Positions 60,004 to 64,000 of a stretch of DNA of 64,000 nucleotides are shown one piece after another. The translations under genes were made by a program, and so were the position numbers. Positions within the stretch are counted from its first letter, which is position 1. Every line of letters begins with the position of its first letter. The stretch covers positions 2,848,001 through 2,912,000 of the forward strand of contig OY970223.1 in NCBI GenBank assembly GCA_963714015.1, read 5' to 3'. Under the pieces are notes generated by a model that was not told where the DNA came from, did no database searches, and saw only the letters and a list, made by a program, of their open reading frames with translations. This DNA comes from Vulcanimicrobiota bacterium. Its GTDB lineage: Bacteria > Vulcanimicrobiota > Vulcanimicrobiia > Vulcanimicrobiales > Vulcanimicrobiaceae.

Positions 60004-60512
60004 AGCGCGGCGTCTTTTGCCGATAGAACCGGCGCGGCGCCCTCGAGCGGCCAATCGATGCCGATCCCCGGGTCGCGCCAACTAATTGCGCGCTCTTGCG
60101 AAGGATCGTAGAGTGCGGTCTGCTTGTAGAGCACGATCGCGCGATCGCTCGAGACGTAGAATCCATGCGCGAATCCGGGCGGCACGAAGATCTGAAAGTG
60201 ATTTTCTCCGCTTAGTTCCAGACTTATCCACTGCTTGTACGTCGGCGAACCTTCGCGCATGTCGACGATCGCATCGAAGATCCGGCCGTCCAAGCATTGG
60301 ACGAGTTTCGCCATACGCAAATCGTAGTGCATTCCGCGCAAGACCCCTTTGCGCGAAACCGAGACGTTATCCTGAACGAATCGGCCGCTTACCCCTAACT
60401 GCGCGTACTTCAGTTCGGAAAACGTTTCCTTGAAGTAGCCGCGGTCGTCGTGAAACACTTCCGGGACCAGGATGACGACGCCCGGAAACTTCGTTTGCCG
60501 CGTCTCCAACAT
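60000..60512 (-). CDS. rfbC: dTDP-4-dehydrorhamnose 3,5-epimerase
   Basis: DDRGYFKE, FVQDN, GVLRGMH, GFAHGF. Confidence 0.95.
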   Translation of the reverse strand: MLETRQTKFPGVVILVPEVFHDDRGYFKETFSELKYAQLGVSGRFVQDNVSVSRKGVLRGMHYDLRMAKLVQCLDGRIFDAIVDMREGSPTYKQWISLELSGENHFQIFVPPGFAHGFYVSSDRAIVLYKQTALYDPSQERAISWRDPGIGIDWPLEGAAPVLSAKDAAL

Positions 60513-60528
60513 CGAGGGCACCTGTTCG

Positions 60529-61656
60529 CTAAAAGAACTCGAAACCCGCGTCGAGCGCGGCATAGGCGAGTAAACCACCCCGTAAGTGCGTAATGCGCCG
60601 GAAACCGGCATCGCGCAGCAACTGTGCCGCCCACAGCGACTTAGCGCCGACCCGGCATGCAACCACGTAGGTTTTTGCCGTATCCAATTCGTGTACTCGC
60701 GCCGGAAGCTGCGAGGCGGGGATATGAACTGCGTCCGGGATGACGCCCAGCACCGCTTCGTGCGGTTCGCGCACGTCCAGCAGTGTCGCGGAGTCAAGTA
60801 GTTCTTTGAGGCCGCCGGCATCTACCTCGTCCACGCCGTCCAAAAGAACCGGCTCCGAATCCGGTTCCAGCGCTGCTTCGGTAATTACGGCGTTCGTTCC
60901 GCAGAGCGCGCACGAGCTGTCGCTTTCAATGGCTATTTCACGAACGCGCGCGCCCAGCGCGTCGATCAGCATCACACGTCCGACGAGCGGATCGCCGATT
61001 CCGAGAATCAGCTTGAGCGCTTCGCTCGCTTGCCACGTTCCGACAATGCCCGCTAGAACGCCCAACACTCCGCCCTCGGCGCACGTCGGCACGCTGCCCG
61101 CCGGCGGTGCTTGCGGGAAGAGGCAGCGATAGCACGGGCCTTTCCCGCGCCAAAAAACGCTCACTTGTCCGTCGAAGCGGAAGATCGAACCATAGACGTC
61201 CGGCTTGCCTTCCAGTGCGCACGCGTCGTTGATCAAGTACCGCGTCTCAAACCTATCGGTGCAGTCGATCGTCACGTCGTAGAGCCGGATAAGGTCGCGA
61301 GCGTTCGAGGGATCGAAGCGGACGGCGATCGGATCCGCATTTACGAGCGGATTGATTTCCGTGACTCGGCGCGCCGACACTGCCGCCTTGGATTGGCCGA
61401 CGTCGGAAGTCGCGTAGATTGTCTGCCGCTGCAGATTGCTTTCGTCGACTTCGTCGTCGTCGACGATGCCGATGCGTCCGACGCCGGCAGCAGCGAGATA
61501 CTGCAGTACGGGCGATCCCAGGCCGCCGGCGCCGATGCACAAAACGCGCGCGTCCGCGAGCCGCTCTTGCCCCTGCACGCCAACCTCCGGAATCAGCAGA
61601 TGGCGGCTGTACCGTCGAAGTCCGCGAATCAGCGGGGATGCCGTGCGTTCAGCCAT
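60529..61656 (-). CDS. moeB: Molybdopterin-synthase adenylyltransferase with rhodanese domain
   Basis: RYSRHLLIPEVG, GAGGLGSP, SNLQRQ, CYRCLFP. Confidence 0.95.
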   Translation of the reverse strand: MAERTASPLIRGLRRYSRHLLIPEVGVQGQERLADARVLCIGAGGLGSPVLQYLAAAGVGRIGIVDDDEVDESNLQRQTIYATSDVGQSKAAVSARRVTEINPLVNADPIAVRFDPSNARDLIRLYDVTIDCTDRFETRYLINDACALEGKPDVYGSIFRFDGQVSVFWRGKGPCYRCLFPQAPPAGSVPTCAEGGVLGVLAGIVGTWQASEALKLILGIGDPLVGRVMLIDALGARVREIAIESDSSCALCGTNAVITEAALEPDSEPVLLDGVDEVDAGGLKELLDSATLLDVREPHEAVLGVIPDAVHIPASQLPARVHELDTAKTYVVACRVGAKSLWAAQLLRDAGFRRITHLRGGLLAYAALDAGFEFF

Positions 61657-62345
61657 TGGAGCACCTCGGCGCGAGCGTTTTCGCCTGCATTGGTGTGATC
61701 GCTCTCGATGGTGACGAAGCTCTTGGGGTCGGGCGCACGATGATAGAGATCTTCGACGCTGCGCGCGCTGACCATCGCATCGCGCGAGGCAGCAACGTAG
61801 AGCTGCGGCCGCCCGGCCAAGCGGGGGAGCGCAGCATCGAAACGCGCGTCCGCGTGACGAATCAAATCCGGTAAGGCTTGCCCTTGGACGTAGGACGATC
61901 GAAAATCGGTGACGCCCTTTCCTTGCAAGGCGTCAATCGCCGTCGGCCTCCCAAAGCCGGTAGCAATCGCGATGACTCCCTCGACGCGCCGATCCTCCGC
62001 GGCGGTGAAGATTGCCGTCATTGCGCCCATACTATGTCCTAATACGTAGATAGGCTCGCTTGCGCGCGAAGTGGCGAAATCGACTGCGCACGTCATTGCG
62101 TCGACGAGATCGTCGATGCCGCGCAGCGTGCCGCCGCTCGCGCCGAGCTTGTGACCCGGAAAATCCAGACTGAACACGGCATAGCCGTGACTCGCCAAGA
62201 AATGACAGAGAAAATCGAGATTATGCTTGGAACTGGAGTATCCGTGTCCGGCGACGATGCTCACTCCGCGCGCGCGGCGCGGAGCATACGAAAGAAGCGC
62301 AACCGGATTGTTCTCAGCTCGAAGATGATGCAGATCGACAGTCAT
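61629..62345 (-). CDS. Alpha/beta hydrolase
   Basis: HGY, DFPGH, GHSMG. Confidence 0.9.
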   Translation of the reverse strand: MTVDLHHLRAENNPVALLSYAPRRARGVSIVAGHGYSSSKHNLDFLCHFLASHGYAVFSLDFPGHKLGASGGTLRGIDDLVDAMTCAVDFATSRASEPIYVLGHSMGAMTAIFTAAEDRRVEGVIAIATGFGRPTAIDALQGKGVTDFRSSYVQGQALPDLIRHADARFDAALPRLAGRPQLYVAASRDAMVSARSVEDLYHRAPDPKSFVTIESDHTNAGENARAEVLQWLNARHPR

Positions 62346-62751
62346 TCTCGCGCCATTCGCTCGTTCCGTCTCCGTAGCGCTCGCGCTTCCAGATCGGCGC
62401 GCGCATTTTCAATTCGTCGATGACGTACTCGCACGCATCGAACGCCTCGGCTCGATGAGGGCTCGAAACGGCAACGGCGACCGCGACTTCACCGACGTCT
62501 AAATCGCCGACCCGGTGTACGACCACAACATTCAGAGCGCCGAACCGGCCGCGCGCTTCCCCTGCGATCCGCTCGAACTCTGCAATCGCCATTTCCTCGT
62601 GCGCTTCGTAGGATAGCCCGACGACCGCGCGCCCGTCGTCCGAACGATCGCGCACGACGCCGGCGAACGTTACGACCGCGCCGCACGCGTCATTACCCGC
62701 TTCGCGCGCCACCTCGGCGGTGTCGATCTCCGAACGAACGACGGCAAACAT
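62314..62751 (-). CDS. moaE: Molybdopterin synthase catalytic subunit
   Basis: GAVVTFAGVVRD, HRVG, APIWKRE. Confidence 0.95.
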   Translation of the reverse strand: MFAVVRSEIDTAEVAREAGNDACGAVVTFAGVVRDRSDDGRAVVGLSYEAHEEMAIAEFERIAGEARGRFGALNVVVVHRVGDLDVGEVAVAVAVSSPHRAEAFDACEYVIDELKMRAPIWKRERYGDGTSEWRENDCRSASSSS

Positions 62752-62996
62752 CAACCGCCCCCGACCGGCGGCAGCAGCGCCACCTCGTCGCCTTGTGCCA
62801 GAGGAGCGTCAAACGAGACGAGCCTGCCGTTGCGCGCAACGCGAGTAGAGTCGGTCATAGGTTCCAGCTCGGGATAGGAATCTGCGAGCATGCGCCAGAG
62901 ATCCCGAACGCTGCTGCCGGTTTCCAATTCCATCGTTCGCGAACCGGCACCGATGAGTTCGCGCAACCGCGCAAAAGCCACTATCGTGACGCGCAC
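62751..62996 (-). CDS. moaD: Molybdopterin synthase sulfur carrier
   Basis: FARLRE...GDEVALLPPVGGG. Confidence 0.95.
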   Translation of the reverse strand: MRVTIVAFARLRELIGAGSRTMELETGSSVRDLWRMLADSYPELEPMTDSTRVARNGRLVSFDAPLAQGDEVALLPPVGGG

Positions 62997-63001
62997 GCGC
63001 G

Positions 63002-63256
63002 CTAGTAGCCGCCCAAGTCCGTCGTGTAACCGCGCTCCGCCAGCCATTGCCGAGAGGATTCGTGCATGGAAAGCGTGTCGATGCGATTGCAGACGATCTT
63101 GTGGAGCAGTACCTCCCAAAAGTGCTGATCTTTCGCGTAGACGTCGTCAGGGATCTGATTCTGCTCGCGTGCGAATTCACGCAGCCCTTGCCAATCGTGC
63201 GTTTCGAGCATTGCGCGCAGCCGTGCGTCGTATTCCGGCGAAGGCGAGGCCTGCAT
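63002..63256 (-). CDS. Hypothetical protein
   Basis: 84-aa ORF coupled to its neighbours. Confidence 0.7.
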   Translation of the reverse strand: MQASPSPEYDARLRAMLETHDWQGLREFAREQNQIPDDVYAKDQHFWEVLLHKIVCNRIDTLSMHESSRQWLAERGYTTDLGGY

Positions 63257-64000
63257 CAGGCGGGTTTCTTTTGACCGCGTCCCTGATCGAGGGCGAACCG
63301 TTCGATCGCGAGCGCCACGCCGTCCTCGTCGTTGGTGCGGGTCACGTACCGAACAGATTGCTGGACTTCGGGCAGCGCATTACCCATTGCGACGCCCAAG
63401 CCTGCCCAGCGAAGCATCGGAACGTCGTTGCGCGAATCGCCGACGGCCATCACGCTCTCCGCGGGGATTTGGAAGTCTGCGCAAAGGCGCGCCAGAGCGC
63501 GCTGCTTGGTCGCTTCGCGGCTCGTTACCGCACATTCGACGAAGTTGAGCCAGTTTTCGTATTTGAAATGAAGCGGCCAGTCGCCGAAACGGCGCTGCAT
63601 CGCCTGGACGGACGGTTCGCCCAGAAAGCGGATGAACGTGGGCGCGGTACGCATTACGTCTTGAAACGTTCGTACTTCACGCCAAGCCGGCCCCGTCATG
63701 TCGTCCATATGGAGCTTGCTGCCTTCGAGCCGGTAAAAAGTCTCTTCGGAATAAAGCGCGAGCGAGAGCCCTTCCTGTTCGGCAAACTCGACCATCGGTT
63801 TGGCGAACTGCATCGGAACCGGAATGTGCCCGAGCGTCCGATTGGCGAGAAAGTCTTTCGTCAGCGCCCCGTGACAGCAAATGATCGGCAGATTGAGTCC
63901 GACTCTTTGCTGACGCGAATCGGCGTATCCACGCCGCGCCCTGTCACGAGAACGATACGGATTCCGCGATCCAGCGCCGCCTTAATGGCGCGCCGGCTGC
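63256..64000 (-). CDS. Cof-type HAD hydrolase, 5' end outside window, frameshifted near 63830-63900
   Basis: VGDSRNDVPML, GVAMGNA, TNDEDGVA; IVLVTGR. Confidence 0.9.

Overview
GC-rich bacterial chromosome segment; gene style suggests Ca. Eremiobacterota/Vulcanimicrobiota, which is an unverified inference. The flanks are housekeeping: two peptide ABC solute-binding genes at 1-2424, and fliE-flgC-flgB, an MsbA-like exporter, photolyase, ECF sigma/anti-sigma, moaA/moeB/moaE/moaD, queG and rfbC at 48200-64000. Between them lies a ~45.6 kb element (2563-48197) inserted at the 3' end of fliE. It is bounded by the 9-bp direct repeat CGCTACATC, separates fliE from its apparent original terminator, and carries arrays of a GCGAATTCNGGAAATCC motif at both ends. 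I recognise no tyrosine or serine integrase in it. The only candidate mobiliser is a SWIM-finger/DDE transposase near the right end, preceded by a ~480-nt hairpin-dense non-coding region; a four-repeat winged-helix protein sits at the left end. The cargo is a mosaic of defence/conflict-type genes (HNH, NERD-like nuclease, UDG-family, DUF5677-like, ASCH, SEFIR, AbiTii, a three-protease operon), nested insertions and gene fragments, and many breakpoints fall on CATC/GATG. Single-base frameshifts are common even in core genes, so many are probably sequencing or assembly indels. Family names come from motif recognition by eye, not from database searches.
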